Counted from the whole stretch's first letter, positions 11,551 to 25,800 are shown. The stretch is DNA of 62,827 nucleotides, filler included, from Kipferlia bialata (GCA_003568945.1; 4 parts of 4 records of this genome joined end to end with filler, not necessarily neighbours in it); one strand, 5' to 3'. Notes: generated from the letters alone by a model not told the origin. Translations and numbers: made by a program.

Positions 11551-14413
11551 CGCTACTCCACGCCCACTACAAGGACGCCCATGATAACCTCCCCTATCAA
11601 TGCCCCGCCCTTTTGAAGGATGGTACAGTCTGTGGGATACGGTTCCAGACAACAGGTATATATTATATGTACCGTACATATATTCATACAGTATTGACAT
11701 ATTGCAACTACTCATAGCTTGGAATATCCTTCTGTTGACAGAATATACTCTATAGTACATACAAACACTACATGTTCCATACCATGGCTCCTGTCGAGTG
11801 TACAATCTAATGATATTCATGGTCTGCCCTGAGCTCTGAGCATTTAGTGTCCCTCTTTGATCCTTCATATTAACACCTAGACCTCCTGAAGGCGCATCAT
11901 GTAACGCACACTGCCATAACATATGATAGGGAGAGGGAGAGTGATACCAGATCAGATACGGAGGTACGAGGACTGTGACTATTACTGATGACATGTATAT
12001 TAGCGTGATTTGGGTTGTCAGCGTATGCAAGGACATAAAAGGCACCCTACGTGTGTGATGCCTTTAGAGACTAGAATCTGTGTGGTGATGTAAAATTAGC
12101 CCGATATATTACATTTCTCTTAATACATATAGGGTGTGCATTCTATGGCTGTTCTGCCCACTCCTGCTCCTAACCCATACACCATCCAGTCCTGTCTCGC
12201 CAGACCCGGAGGCTGCGGGTCGTGTCCTCACTTGTGCTATGACTACGTGTGGTCAAACCTTCTCAACCGTAGGTACCCTAATTATTGTGTACGTAGTATA
12301 TATACCCTATTTGTGGAGAGTCCTTTCTCTACACTTCATTCAATATATTGCAGAAGGTGCAAGAATTGGCTTATTGTGCTCCCCACTCCTTCCAATATAT
12401 ATACACCGCTCTCACAGTCAATCAACCACCTGACCCAAGGACTCCTAAGGGCCCACTACAAGGATCTCCACGACAACCGACCCCACGAGTGCCCTGCCAA
12501 GAATGATGAGGGGACTGCATGCGGCATGAGATTCAGGACTCTAAGTACGAATTGCACTCACCGTTGCCATTCATACTGTAGCTTACGCGAATCTTTGTGA
12601 TAGTTTAAACGGAGGCAACTAAGCATGATTATCCTACTGAGACCCTCACCTCAGACTTGCTTCAGGCCCATATCCGTACCCACAAGGACAGAAGACCCTT
12701 CCACTGTCCAAAGTGTCCCAAACAGTTCAAGAGAATAGGTGTGATGCACATGCGTTATACCATGCTATACTGATACAGTAAGACATATATCACACATCCA
12801 GTATGCAAAACAGTTCTCGAAAAATTAGTGTGATACACATATACATGACATCTTACACTATCAGAATCTATGGATACACATCGATCTCTCTCTCTGGACT
12901 GCAGTGGAGTCTTATCTGTATCTTCCCAGTACTCAATCTCAGACCATCTGAAGCGGCACATCGCATCGCACGACACTGAAAGCAGGTTCCGTTGTCCGAA
13001 GTGCTCTCAGACTTTCACAAGAAGGGGTACGTAGTATGTAGTGTACGGACTATTATGTGATAGGGTACTACTACTGGTTATCCCTAAGCGTATGACACTC
13101 GAGTGCATCTGTTCTATAATTGTGTATCAAAATACAAATATGCATAATACATTTTCGTCCGACAATTGGTTGAGTGCATATGTTGCATATGTGCATATAT
13201 TCTGTTAATAATATATATATCAGTAATCATCAGACAAGTTCAACCAGCACATGGCCAGCCACGCCACAAGTCGACAGTGGCCATGTCACCTGTGTGACAA
13301 GGAATTCAATAGGAAGGTAAGGCATGGAAGGAAGATAAGGAGATGTCGTGTTTCACTAGACAGACTTACTCTGTGTGACAGGATCTCACTCAAACCGCTT
13401 ATTTCTAGGGTAACTGTAAGGCTCACGTTGTGTTTGCCCATTGCAGAGTGAGGTACATGTGCCCAAGCTGTGAGAGGTGAGCTCATCTATATGATATTAT
13501 ACAGCCAGCTGGCATGACTTGTTTTAGTGTCTACTTTCGATTATAGTATGTCATTTGCTGTACACTAAGGTATCATTACCCAGCTGTGTAGCCATACTTC
13601 GCTCCCCCTTATTATTAGGATATTCCCGCAGAAGTCACTTGCTGTAGATCACATGACGGGTGCCCACCCAGGTGTAGACATGGAGGTGAGTTTTCTATTA
13701 TCCAATGATATACTTAGTATGATATATAACTACTTGTGAGCCCATATATCCGTCACCCCAGGCCACGCCGCCCACCTGTGTTAGGATCTATGACCAGCGA
13801 GAGGTTGTTGCTGAGCTGGACAGCGATGACCTAGCACAGCTTGTGAAGGAGTATATGGAGATGGAGCCAGTTCCAGATGGCCAGGTTAGTGGGAGGATTG
13901 TGTGTCATTGGTACTGCTGTTATATTATATTGTGTCATTAGGTTCAATCGAAACAGTGCTTTCTTTTGATTTAGCATCCTCTTATACAGGGAGCGCGAGT
14001 GAGCAATCCGGTTTGTAGTAATCCAAGGCCCAGGAGAATAATGGCCAAGGTACAGTATGTCCCATAATATCAAAGCAGAGCACCGCTTTGATAGTACCCA
14101 GTCATGGAACTATGTCACCTCTAACCAACAAGTTTTCTACAGAGGCCACTACTTGGTCCTGCACCGAGTGTGACAAGACATACAGGAGGGAGAGTGACCT
14201 CACAGACCATGTCGAGGCAGTGCATAGAGGGAGAAGGTGGAAGTGCTCAGTGTGTGACAAGGGAGTGAGTGGTGGTGTATGTATAAGAGTTCTGCCAAGA
14301 GTGTATTCGGTTTCGCATTTCATAGTGGTTGTTACGTATCTTACCATAGATTGGTATCTAGGCGAACAAACCTCTCTACCCACATGACAAGGGACCATGA
14401 GACAAGTCTCAAG
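11551..14413 (+). CDS. Multi-C2H2 zinc-finger protein (at least 8 fingers); may extend 5' across the gap and 3' to the stop at 15106
   Basis: Exons encode e.g. HIRTHKDRRPFHCPKCPKQFKRI|DHLKRHIASH, CPKCSQTFTRR|DKFNQHMASH, CHLCDKEFNRK and CTECDKTYRRESDLTDHVEAVH. Confidence 0.9.
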
Positions 14414-14977
14414 GTGGGTATATACACATATAGAATAATACCTTGATATATGGTGGGAGGTGGTACACTCGTTGAGGATCTCCACTATATATTGATATGT
14501 GTGTATGTATGTATATACATATATATCCACCTGGCACCAGAAATAAGACTCAGGGCACCCAACGCACGCCAGTAATATATGGGTTACTCCTGAGTCTCAG
14601 TTCTTTCCCCTCACCTTCCGACAGCACCCACCCTCTCTCCTATATACTGTCCTAATTTTGGACTCCTAACAATTAGGACTCCTAAATGATATGTATTTGT
14701 ATGTGTGTGCGTTAATAATGTGTACCCAGTACTAACTCAGGAGCACCCGCCCTCTGTGGTTTATCTTGACTCAGTTAGGTCCCCTCCTGTCAAGAGAGGT
14801 ACTAACAAGTCATAGATGGACATCAGTATGCCACACTCTGTACGTCAGAGTCTCTGTGGAGACTCTCCACTGGAGAGAGTAGGGATGAGCATTCACCCTT
14901 GCGACTGTCACATATGAATGAACAGGTGCGTACAGTGTTCAAAGGTAGTATGTACAGATATGATACCCTCACACCAG

Positions 14978-15106
14978 ACTGACATGACGAGTGGTGTCAA
15001 CATAGTCTCTGCCCTTCTGGACAATGCCACGGACAACAGGGATAGGTGGCATCGGGAGGTGCGGGGAAAGTCTAACACCCCTGATACCGTTGAGGAGGGA
15101 ATGTGA
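14978..15106 (+). CDS. Probable terminal exon (TDMTSGVNIVSALLDNATDNRDRWHREVRGKSNTPDTVEEGM*), perhaps of the zinc-finger gene
   Basis: Acceptor ctcacaccag followed by an open frame to TGA. Confidence 0.4.
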   Translation, partial: TDMTSGVNIVSALLDNATDNRDRWHREVRGKSNTPDTVEEGM

Positions 15107-15797
15107 ATAGACGTCCGTCGCCTACCTAGCTCATAGGCCTAATCCTATATAGGCAGTGCCTATATAGGCACAAATTGCGCGTTTGTAAATTATGATTGAG
15201 AGACCATGATTCACACCTGCATGTCTGTCGGAACTGGTAGTGGGAAGTGTACCAGTCTTCATAATACATGGACTGTAGAGTCTGACGTATATTCTCGTCA
15301 GTTCCCCAACATCAAAAACCGGAAAATTCACTAGACCCTTTGTTCCTTGCAAATGTATCACTGTCTAGCGACAGCACTTTATCTGACCTGGGTTCTTGAG
15401 TTACACAGCGTTACCGTCTCACTGGGTGCGCAATACTATCTGCTCCTCCTATGCTTGCATTTATCCCCCCCTCCCTGTCTCTGAGACAAATCGTCAGCAA
15501 AACCAAGCTCAATGATAATGGTCTCTCTCAGATATCCCGTCTAGTGCATAATTGGTCTCCATATATATGCATAATTAGTCTCCTTAAACCTTCCCATAAC
15601 AGATATTCTGTGTGTTTCCCCCCCCCCCTCCCCCTCTTCTTCCCACTCCTCTCCCTCTCCACCCTGACATGCTCTGTCTCTCTCTCTCTCTGCCCCTCCA
15701 AACCCCAGGGAACTAGCATCCAGTTAACTCCATCAATCTCATCTTCTGCTGCCCACCCCCTGCTACCAAGGTCACCCTTCTCCCCCATCATCCCATC

Positions 15798-17149
15798 ATG
15801 CCGCGCCCTATCACTATCGAGGACCTTCTAGGTGCCTACGACAAGGTGCTAGCCCTAGAGTCTACAGATACAGAGGGACTAGGCCGTATAAGACCAGTCC
15901 CTCTCACTCACAATGTGTGTTTTGACCTGGCGGGGAGGCGCTTCCTTGAGTTGGTGACTACGAATGAAGGGCAGCAGAGACTCTCTGTAGCAGAGAGTGG
16001 GTACACACCTTGCCCCTTCCCACACAACATAGACAGTGGATGTGTGCACGAGGGTATCCTGTACCTGTACCTGAACAAGGGGTCTGTCAGGCTGTACCAA
16101 CTGGACTCAGGTGGGGCCTCTATCGCGCTGTCATTGAGTCTATGACATAGGCCCTCATGCAGACAGACTCTATCTCTAATAGGCCGTATGACATGTGTGG
16201 GTCTGTAGACACTATTTGCAGTAGTGATATCTTCACTGTGCCAAGTGTACTGAGTATAACCATATAACACCTCATCCCAGATATGTGGTCTGAGTTGACA
16301 GCGGACACCGTGCCGGCTCGCAAGGGCCCTGACGACTATGTACGTTTGCCCACCTGCATGTATGCTTGTCTTCAATACTCCTTATTTATCAACTCAATCG
16401 GCAGGTGTTCGCTTCCTGCGGCGGTCAGCTATACCTGCTACAACGACACCGCTCAGGTGTCAAGGTTCACATCATAGACACTGATCAGAACCCCCCGTGC
16501 TTCAGAAAGCCTGTGTCCCTGACACTAGACTCCAATGGTGGGTATCTCCCTCTGATCCTCGTGGAATATCTATGTGAATGTTATTATGTGTCGTATGTAC
16601 TCTTTATCACACCCCTCTCTTAGAACAGAGTATACAATGGAGGACTTGTACACCGGAGAGCAGCTCTGCATTAGACTCAGGTCCATGAGGGATGAGGTGA
16701 CGTTCAGCCACTCTGCGAGGACTGGGTGGGATAGAGACTCCTATCTGTCACTAACTGCCCCATACAGTTACTTCAAGGTGGTCATCAACCCCACCCCACC
16801 CTGCAGTGGCTCCACAGTCCTCAACCCTAGCATTCCGGTGCTTGAAAAGGGCCTGACAACATTTGACCTGGTCAGCAGGGAGAGGAGGGCCATTTCTCCC
16901 ATGTCCTTAGACGTCACAGACATATGCAGAATGACGCCCTCCTCATTTCTCGTGGAGGTGTTGAGGTGTGTCACATACTATTTGTTAGCCTTTCCGCTTG
17001 TGTAAATACAATTCACTGAATACCCAGCCAGTTTCATACTCTTTTGACACAGGAACTACTACCAAGACAAGGTCTGGTACTTGTGTCACATCAACCACGC
17101 ACTCATTGAGAGGGAAGCAGGAGTACTCTCGAGAGAGGACTTCGTCTAG
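15798..17149 (+). CDS. Hypothetical multi-exon protein with beta-propeller/Kelch-like character
   Basis: ATG exon MPRPITIEDLL...GILYLYLNKGSVRLYQLDS; later exons DMWSEL, SCGGQLYLLQ and TTFDLVSRE; terminal exon NYYQDKVWYLCHINHALIEREAGVLSREDFV*. Confidence 0.55.
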
Positions 17150-18363
17150 AGAGGAGAGAGAGGGAGAGAGAGAGAATGGGGTCATAGGGTACGCAGACAG
17201 CAGACCGGCGAATACACACCTGACAATAACATATGACCCATTGAATAGATCTATGGCGTACGTTGTTTGTTCCTAATATTCACCATATATGGATAGATAT
17301 TCTTGTTACGGGTTACGGGTTCCCGGCAAACCCTGTCAGTGCCAAGAGTCTGCTTAACGTTTTTGCACTACACCCTTTGTGGTGGTCCTTGGTGTTATTG
17401 GTGGTCTCTTATACCCATCATACCGTGTTTACTAGGTTATCCAGGTGAGTCCAATAGGAATCAGAACCCTGAATTGTGTCCTGGCTGCGTTGTGAGAAGG
17501 TATGGTGTGTCTCTGACTGAGGGGGGGGGGGGGGGGGGGGGGGGGGGTTTTTTTTCAGTTTTNNNNNNNNNNNNNNNNNNNNNNNNNNNNNNNNNNNNNN
17601 NNNNNNNNNNNNNNNNNNNNNNNNNNNNNNNNNNNNNNNNNNNNNNNNNNNNNNNNNNNNNNNNNNNNNNNNNNNNNNNNNNNNNNNNNNNNNNNNNNNN
17701 NNNNNNNNNNNNNNNNNNNNNNNNNNNNNNNNNNNNNNNNNNNNNNNNNNNNNNNNNNNNNNNNNNNNNNNNNNNNNNNNNNNNNNNNNNNNNNNNNNNN
17801 NNNNNNNNNNNNNNNNNNNNNNNNNNNNNNNNNNNNNNNNNNNNNNNNNNNNNNNNNNNNNNNNNNNNNNNNNNNNNNNNNNNNNNNNNNNNNNNNNNNN
17901 NNNNNNNNNNNNNNNNNNNNNNNNNNNNNNNNNNNNNNNNNNNNNNNNNNNNNNNNNNNNNNNNNNNNNNNNNNNNNNNNNNNNNNNNNNNNNNNNNNNN
18001 NNNNNNNNNNNNNNNNNNNNNNNNNNNNNNNNNNNNNNNNNNNNNNNNNNNNNNNNNNNNNNNNNNNNNNNNNNNNNNNNNNNNNNNNNNNNNNNNNNNN
18101 NNNNNNNNNNNNNNNNNNNNNNNNNNNNNNNNNNNNNNNNNNNNNNNNNNNNNNNNNNNNNNNNNNNNNNNNNNNNNNNNNNNNNNNNNNNNNNNNNNNN
18201 NNNNNNNNNNNNNNNNNNNNNNNNNNNNNNNNNNNNNNNNNNNNNNNTTTTCTTTTTCGGTTTTTCTCCCCCCCCCCCCCCCCCACTCTCCATTGTCTGA
18301 TGTCTCATATTTGCTGGTCACATATCGGAATGTAGACGTTTCCGTCCTATATACCCACCCCAG

Positions 18364-19521
18364 CGAGACTGACCTTGATGAAGTGGTGCAGACCCCAGTG
18401 GTGTTCCTGAATGTGGCCAGGTGAATACAATGGAGAATAGTAACATTGAGATACACATATGATACTGTCTGACTCTTGGTCTCTCTCACCTGCAGAGGCC
18501 TCTCAGCATCGACAGAAGATATCCACAAGGCATTTGGCGATGAAATGACCGAAGAGCAGTTGGTGAAGGTACAGTGAGGTTTCCTGTATGTATCGTATAT
18601 TATATGCCCTAACAATCCCTCTCCCCCCAGCTGATTCTGTCGAGGGGAGATGCCCAGGTCACAAACCAGGAGAGAAAGGCACTCATAGAGTCAAGGTGAG
18701 AGAAAGAGGGGGTATATAGTGAAGGGATGTACCATTGCCGTGGTCTGGATTTGTTACGCGTTGTCTACCGTTTTAGGAGGTCATTCATACCTATTCACAT
18801 ATCCGATGACTCTTCACGCCCTCACCCCCAGGATCCGCGAGGTCTCTACGCTTGTGTCCCAGCGCACTGTGAACCCTCTGCTCCAGCCCCCCGTGCCGTA
18901 CCCCGTGCCTGTCATCAGACGGGCCATGACAGAGCTCCTGTCCTACAGGGTCAACTTCAGGTACACTTGGGAGAGGCTCTTTATGCAGGTAGTATATAAT
19001 CCCCGTTCTCACCCCCTAGGCAGCCCGTGTCTGCCCAGGCTGCCTATGTGATCAAGAAGCTGAAGGACCTGGTGCCCCTAGAAGAGGTGGGTGGCACTAA
19101 AATGGATGAGTGCGTTTTGTACCCTTTTTATCACACTCATTTCTTCCCCCATGTCTTTGCCCCATACCCCAGGCCCAGATGCTGGTGTCTGTCGAGCTGC
19201 CCTCTGCCCAGATGCAGGGGTTCCTCGCAAGCCACAAGGACACAGTGGGTACGGGGTAGATGTATACACACATGTCCCTCAGTCACTGTATGTCTCACCC
19301 CCAGAGGTCCTTGGCCGCCCCGCGCACTATGGCGACACCGCTGTGGTGCAGGTGCTGATAGAGCCGGGTCTGTTCAAGTCGATCAAGGACACGGTGGCAG
19401 CGGTCGGGAAGGTGCGTCGGGTTGACTTGGACTGTGTTATGATCCCTGAGATATACTGCCCTGTACTGACCTACAGGGACTGGGAACTGTCCAGCTACAG
19501 AAGACATTCACAAGTCGGTGA
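18364..19521 (+). CDS. SBDS: Ribosome maturation factor SBDS/Sdo1 (5' exons in or before the gap)
   Basis: ETDLDEVVQTPVVFLNVARG, EDIHKAFG, ILSRGDAQVTNQER, TVNP...PYPVPVIRRAM, SAQAAYVIKKLK and VLIEPGLFK match SBDS domains I-III. Confidence 0.95.
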
Positions 19522-19915
19522 TACGGGCCTATACCTGTTTTCAGACATTACTACGGTATTTCTGTCACTGAACATACATTGTGTGTCTCGTGTCAGTTCG
19601 TGTTCGTTTTCGTGTTCGTTCTAACAGACGACCGGAGACGAGTTACAAGGAAGAGTTATACTGTTCATCTTACGTCAAATGATTGTTCAGGGTTCGTTAC
19701 AGGTTCAACATCCATAAAGTGTTGTATCGTAGGAATGCGTCACACAAAGTTGATTACATTTGCAGCTGACACCGCCAGCCTAATCAGGCTGGGCCCCTGG
19801 GTTGATTCTTTTCTACACCCTTTTGGACTTTTTGCAAAGTAAGGGTTTATTGTTTTACCTTGAGATCGATGTCATGCTTCTTGGCCTCACTCACCTCTTC
19901 AGTGGACAAACTGAG

Positions 19916-22040
19916 ATGTTTTCGTTCAGGGTACGCAACAGTGTGTCTAGTGAGAGTTTTGTATTGTGTGTGTGTGGTGGGTGCTAGGTTCTGAGGTGTA
20001 GGGTCTGTTAGAGCTCGAATCGTTCATACTACTTTGGCCCTTGTTCACTTAACGTGCTTGGAATGTTCTCTTCGTGACCCAACCCTAGTGATTATTTTAG
20101 GAGTGGTGTGTATATATCTCCGAACTCCTAGTATTTTGTGGTTCCACGCTGTATATGAGTAGTGTGTCGTTGTGTTGCCGCGTCCTGTCCTCTCTTCCTC
20201 TTCATCCATAGCCTCACCCCAGGGCACTGCATCTGACCAGGATGGTCGGTGGCAGACTGCCATGAAGAAGACAGAGAAGAGGGACAACCAGGTGCGTGGT
20301 GTTATTGGGAATTTTCCACGAGTGTGTGAATGCAGTGTTGACCCTCTTCTCTCTTTTCGCCATCTCACCCCAGACCCACCGGTATCCCTCCATCTTCTCA
20401 ACCTCCGTGGACTTCAGCAAGGTATGGCCTACAGGGAGGGGATGAGTCACGCTGTTCACTTCTATTATATGCTTGATATGCCCCCCCCCCCTGTCCCCAC
20501 CCCAGGTCAACATGGAGACGCTGTCCCACTGGGTGCAGCTGAGGATAGCTAGGGCCCTGGGGGAGGCGTCGGACATCATATCCATGACATGCGTCAACCA
20601 CCTCAAGGAGCCAAGGCCAGACCCCAGGAGGTATGTGGCCATAAGATACTACACCCGTATGTGTGTATATACTGCCTTACCCCAGGCTGTACCGCAACAT
20701 GGAGCCCTTCCTGGCTGGTGAGACACGTAACTTCATGAAGAGGCTGTGGCAGGTATGGAGTGGTGACTGCGTTGTATCTGTCTAGACTCTCTCTTACTCT
20801 ATCTTTCTGTCTCTCTCTCTCTCTCTCTCCACCGTTCTTCTTTCCACCTTACTCCAGGTGTGCATTGAGGCTTCCACATCCGAGGACGGCATTGGAGCCA
20901 GTATCGGAAAGGTATGGCATTGTCAATCTCTATATGTGGATATATACAAATGTATCATCCTCTCCACCTCTACCCCCTCTTGTGCCCACCCCCAGGACTG
21001 GCAGAAGAAGCTTGACCTGGAGAGGCAGAAGGCAAAGGAGGAGGCCGAGAGGAAGGAGGCGGAGAGGCAGGCATTCCTCGAGCAGAAGAGGATCGAGAGG
21101 GAGAGGGAGAGAGAGAGAGAGAGAGCCATCGAGGCTGAGAGGAGGGAGAGGATCCGCAGGGACAGGGAGATGGAGAGGGAGAGAGAGAGAGAGATGCGCA
21201 GCAGGAGGAGAGGCAGCCCCCCACCACGTGGCAGGTATAGTCACAATTCATCTTTCCATTGTGTGTGCACCCCCCCCCCCCACCATCCTCACTCCTAGGT
21301 ACAGAAGCCCCAGCCCAGACAGGAGATTTGGGCGCAGAGGTGGTTCTCCTCCAAGGTATTGATTGAGTGGCATGGGATGCCCTTGTATGAGATTATGACC
21401 CCCCAATTTGACGCCTTCTTATGCCAGGGAGAGGTACGACAGAGACAGGAGGGGAGGCTCCTACAGGGAGAGAGACAGAGACTACGACAGGCGTGGCAGG
21501 GACAGGGAGAGAGAGGACAGGGACAGAGATGGCCCCAGGCCCCCTGCCAAGAGGCAGGAGAGGGAGAGAGAGGGCGAGAGGAGGCCCGAGGAGGGTGCCA
21601 TCACACCAGAGGTATGGATATGCTGCATATATATATATATGCTGGCCCCAATCCTCGTATAAACATTCACCCAGGCACCCGTTGAGTCCGACACCCGGGC
21701 CCCCTCCCCTCCCCCCGAGCCTGCTTCCCCCAGGGGATCCCCCCCTCCCCCCGAGGTGGAGGCCCCAGCCAGGAGTCCCCCTGCAGAGGTGGAGGCAGAG
21801 GTGCCACGCTCCCCAAGGCGCAAGAGAGAGGCAGACAGAGAGAGAGAGGAGGACGACAGGCGCGATGAGAGGGACACCCGTGGCCGCTCTCCCCGCCACT
21901 CCCCTCGCAGGCGTACCAGGAGCGAGGAGAGAGAGGAGAGGATGGAGAGGGAGGACCGCCTGAGGGCCAGGGAGCCCGAGGTGGAGCAGGAGAGAGAGGA
22001 CTCCGAGTCCTTCGACCTCGACGACTCCGACGAGGAGTAA
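19916..22040 (+). CDS. SRRM1: PWI-domain RS/RE-rich splicing coactivator (SRm160/SRRM1-like)
   Basis: MFSFR|GTASDQDGRW resembles SRRM1 FFRGTSAEQDNRF. VDFSK|VNMETLSHWVQLRIARALG...PDPR...FLAGETRNFMKRLW forms a PWI domain, followed by an RE/RS/SP-rich tail ending in TAA. Confidence 0.85.
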
Positions 22041-22336
22041 GGGGGCATCTTGTAGTACAGATAGAGCATTTTGCAGTGAGTGCTATCAATATGGGATGTA
22101 GGTCTATTAGTTGTTGTTACGTGTTGTTACCACGTTCATTTATTGTTGGATATATCGCACCTGACGGAATCCCACAGCTGTTGGCCGGCCCAATGCAGTG
22201 ACTTGTTTTGCGGTTTTTGCTTGACAAATTGACAAATTGACAAAAGGGTTCTTATTCTTGAACTTGAATTCTGGTTGGCAGTCTCTTCAGTTTGGAGTTC
22301 CTGTGTTCTTGTGTGCTCTGTGTTGCGTACATAGAT

Positions 22337-22582
22337 ATGTCTCAATCGTCTAGCGGTTGGGATGGGATGGTTCGCACCGTAGGGGCCCCTGCCCCTGCCC
22401 TGATGGGTGACCCTGCCGTCAAGAGGTGGGCAACACAGCCCCTCTCCCCATACCACTTCTCCCTCTCCCAGAGCCTCCGGGCCGCAAGGGGCGGGGGTGG
22501 GGAGCATGCTACTAGGGGGGATGGTACTGACGGGTCTGACGACGTGTGTCTCAATCTGAGCCGTGCCCTTGTAAAGCATGAG
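22337..22582 (+). CDS. First exon of a hypothetical gene truncated by the scaffold end
   Basis: ATG 22337, MSQSSSGWDGMVRTVGAP...LSRALVKHE, donor gtgagt at 22583. Confidence 0.55.
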
Positions 22583-22687
22583 GTGAGTCATTGATTCAGT
22601 GACTCTTCCTCCACATATTCACATATAGATATATATATATATATGCCTATGTTTATATGTCAGATTCCTTACATCTCTCTCGCAACT

Positions 22688-22739
<52 letters not shown>

Positions 22740-22740
22740 T

Positions 22741-22840
22741 NNNNNNNNNNNNNNNNNNNNNNNNNNNNNNNNNNNNNNNNNNNNTTAATTAATTAANNNN
22801 NNNNNNNNNNNNNNNNNNNNNNNNNNNNNNNNNNNNNNNN
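22741..22840. other. Artificial scaffold-concatenation linker
   Basis: N44-TTAATTAATTAA-N44, giving stops in all six frames. Confidence 0.97.
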
Positions 22841-22851
22841 ATATATATATA

Positions 22852-25800
22852 CCTGATGCCTCCAACAACGATAAAGGGTTCAGTCTCTCGGTGGATGGGA
22901 TGGACAGTCTCTTGCTGCGGTTGTGAGAGGGGCGCTGGGGGGTCTTGTCCCTGAAAGATTAGAAAACACAGAGGTACTAGCAATACAATATGCTGGGGGG
23001 TCTTGTCCCTGAGAGGTGTGAACAGCGATTAGATATGTTGGTGAATCATATTATACCAATTATCATTGTAAGAATATGGAATTTCTACTCTATATACACA
23101 TATGTTGGGGTCTTGTCCCTGTGGGAACAGTATTTAGAACAGCCAAGATGCACATGAATGAATAGTTATGTACCTAGACCCAAATGGCGACCAGCCACTG
23201 ACAGACATTCTCCTCTGGTCGATGTCGGTTGTCTCTTCAGAGGGACCATACCTAGTGTCAGTGTCATATATATATATAAATATATATAGATGATATACAT
23301 ATAGAGCCCACTGATACTGACCGAGGTCATCCTCGATGGGGTGAAAACATGGATGAAGTATATACATTGCTATACACACTGTTGCTATTGATAGCACTAC
23401 ATACCATTGAGTGGTGTCTGGCACCCTGTATGTCTCTCTCTCTCTCTCTCTCTCCCTCTCCCTCCTAGTCACCGATGGGGTCGGGAAGGGACGCCCAGTG
23501 TCGGAGTCCTTGACCAGGGACATGACCTGGGGTGTTAATTACTAGTATATATAATATTTAAATGTATATAATAATAAAATGTGTGTATATATATGTGTAT
23601 GTGAATATATGTGAGTCCTTGACCAGGGACATGACCTAGGAATCAATACTAGTATATGCACAAGATATATGAAAAATGTCGTATATATACATATATATAT
23701 GAGTCCCTGACAGGACCATGACCTGAGTGTTATATACACAACATGTACTTGCCCAGCTACTCAAAGTATATACATATCAATACAAACACTCTTACCTGCT
23801 TCAACAGATGGACGTATGTATTGAATGCATCTATCAAGGGATATATATATTCATGTATGCTAAATGTATACCTCGTCTCTCATCTGCTTCACCAGATGTA
23901 TTATATATATTGTAATAAAATACATTTATAAATATAATTATATTGTATTATATATATATTTATCAGATGTACACGTCCGTTGAATGCATCACTCAAGACA
24001 TTGACACATCTGTCATACGTATCTAGTGTAGTAAATCACTAAACCATATCTTACTTGTTTTAACAGATGTACATATCCATTGAATACATCACTCACAAGG
24101 AACACATCTGTATACAATACAATATACATGTACCTATATATATAGTAGTACACTAAGATACCTGTTTTAGTAACTGCACACATCCATTGAATGCATCACT
24201 CACTAGCGGGGGCAGGGGGTTGCCAGACATCAGCTGGGGTTAGTATATCGGTAAATAAATAATAGCAGATGGTTAATGTATACGTGTAATATACACTCTA
24301 CTACATGGGGCAGGGGGTTGCCAGACATGAGCTGGGGTCAGTATATAGGTCAATATATATAGGTAAATACATTAAGAAGACCGTAAGTGTATATATGCAT
24401 AACATATAAGGGCAGGGGGTTGCCAGACATGAGGTGATGTTAATATAAGACTGCAAGAGTGTAGACTGAGAAAGTGCATAGCGTGTAAATAAACACATAT
24501 ACACTAAACGTCGTAGCTATCAGGGGGGTTGCCAGACATGAGCTGGGGTTAGTATAAAGGTAAATACAAAATATCTATGTATATACTTCATATATTATAT
24601 GTTCAATACATACCTCTGATACCACTGCCCCGTGTAGATGTGTCAGTGTCTGGTGGCCATCCAGCACAAAGCACGTCAGGATATGCCTAAGGGTTATATG
24701 TATATATAACCTACATAATGTACTACATATATACACTATATATATACAAATCATTGTCTGTTGGCCATCCATGCCTGCAAATAAGACAGATTAAGAAACA
24801 TATATAATATACTATGTACTATGTACTATGTACTATGTATATATGTATAGCAGGTCAGGATATGCCTCAGGGTAAGACAGATTATACTACATATATAATA
24901 TACTATATACTATGTACTTTACATACATATATAGCAGGTCAGGATATGCCTGGCAGTCAGATAGCTATATATATATTTGTGGATGTGTATAGAAAGAGAG
25001 AGAGTGGCCACTCAGAATGTGTCAAAGGAGTACACATATTTGCACTATATGTACATATTATACTATGACTATGACTTATAGAGAGAGATTACCTGGTAAG
25101 TGGGCTGGACAGAGAGAGCACCATCGGAAACAGCTCCTCTCCCTCCCCCTCCCCCTCCCCCTCTCCTCCTACCCCGACACGTATATCTATGCTGCTCTCT
25201 GTGGGTGTGAGGGGTGGTGGCAGGGCCTCTCTCTCCCCCTCGCTCTCACTCTCTGACAGCCTGTTACCCCTCTCCAGATGGTCCCTGTCAAATGTACTAG
25301 ACACACTCCCCTCCCTTGAGAACATCCGAGTCTCAGTGGCAAAGAGAGCGTCACTGGTCCTATTGATTAGATGGTATCAGTATCAGTGAATACATATATA
25401 TACATATATATATAGAGAGAGAGAGAGAGGGAGAGAGAGAGGGGGAGAGAGAGGACGAGAGAGAAAGTTCACTGAATGAGAGGAAGTGTCTCAGTGGCAA
25501 AGAGAGCGTCGGGTAGGTGGAATGTCCATCATATATATATCATACACTCTTAATACCTCACACACAGCAGAGTCAGCTGTCCAAAGAGGTGTGTGTGATA
25601 TATACATACCTCACGCATAACAATGCCAGCTGTCCAAAGTGGTGTGTGATGGATGGTGACACCCTAGGGACAGAGGCAGAGGGGTGTCTGGGACTGTCAC
25701 CCGTAACAGACCGGGCATGCGAGTGGATGCCGGTCTGATGGTTAGAGAACAATATACACCCATATATACAGAAGGAGGAGGGGATGGGGGGGGACAGACC

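Noticed and set aside
20923..22089. Antisense Ser/Leu-rich ORFs opposite the SRRM1-like gene (similarly opposite 47191-52927)
   Set aside because: Shadows of GA-rich, GC3-biased coding sequence
22785..22796. TTAATTAATTAA motif (also at 45552 and 59898) as a biological element
   Set aside because: Always centred in 44-N flanks, so it is an artificial six-frame-stop linker. Gene adjacency across it is meaningless
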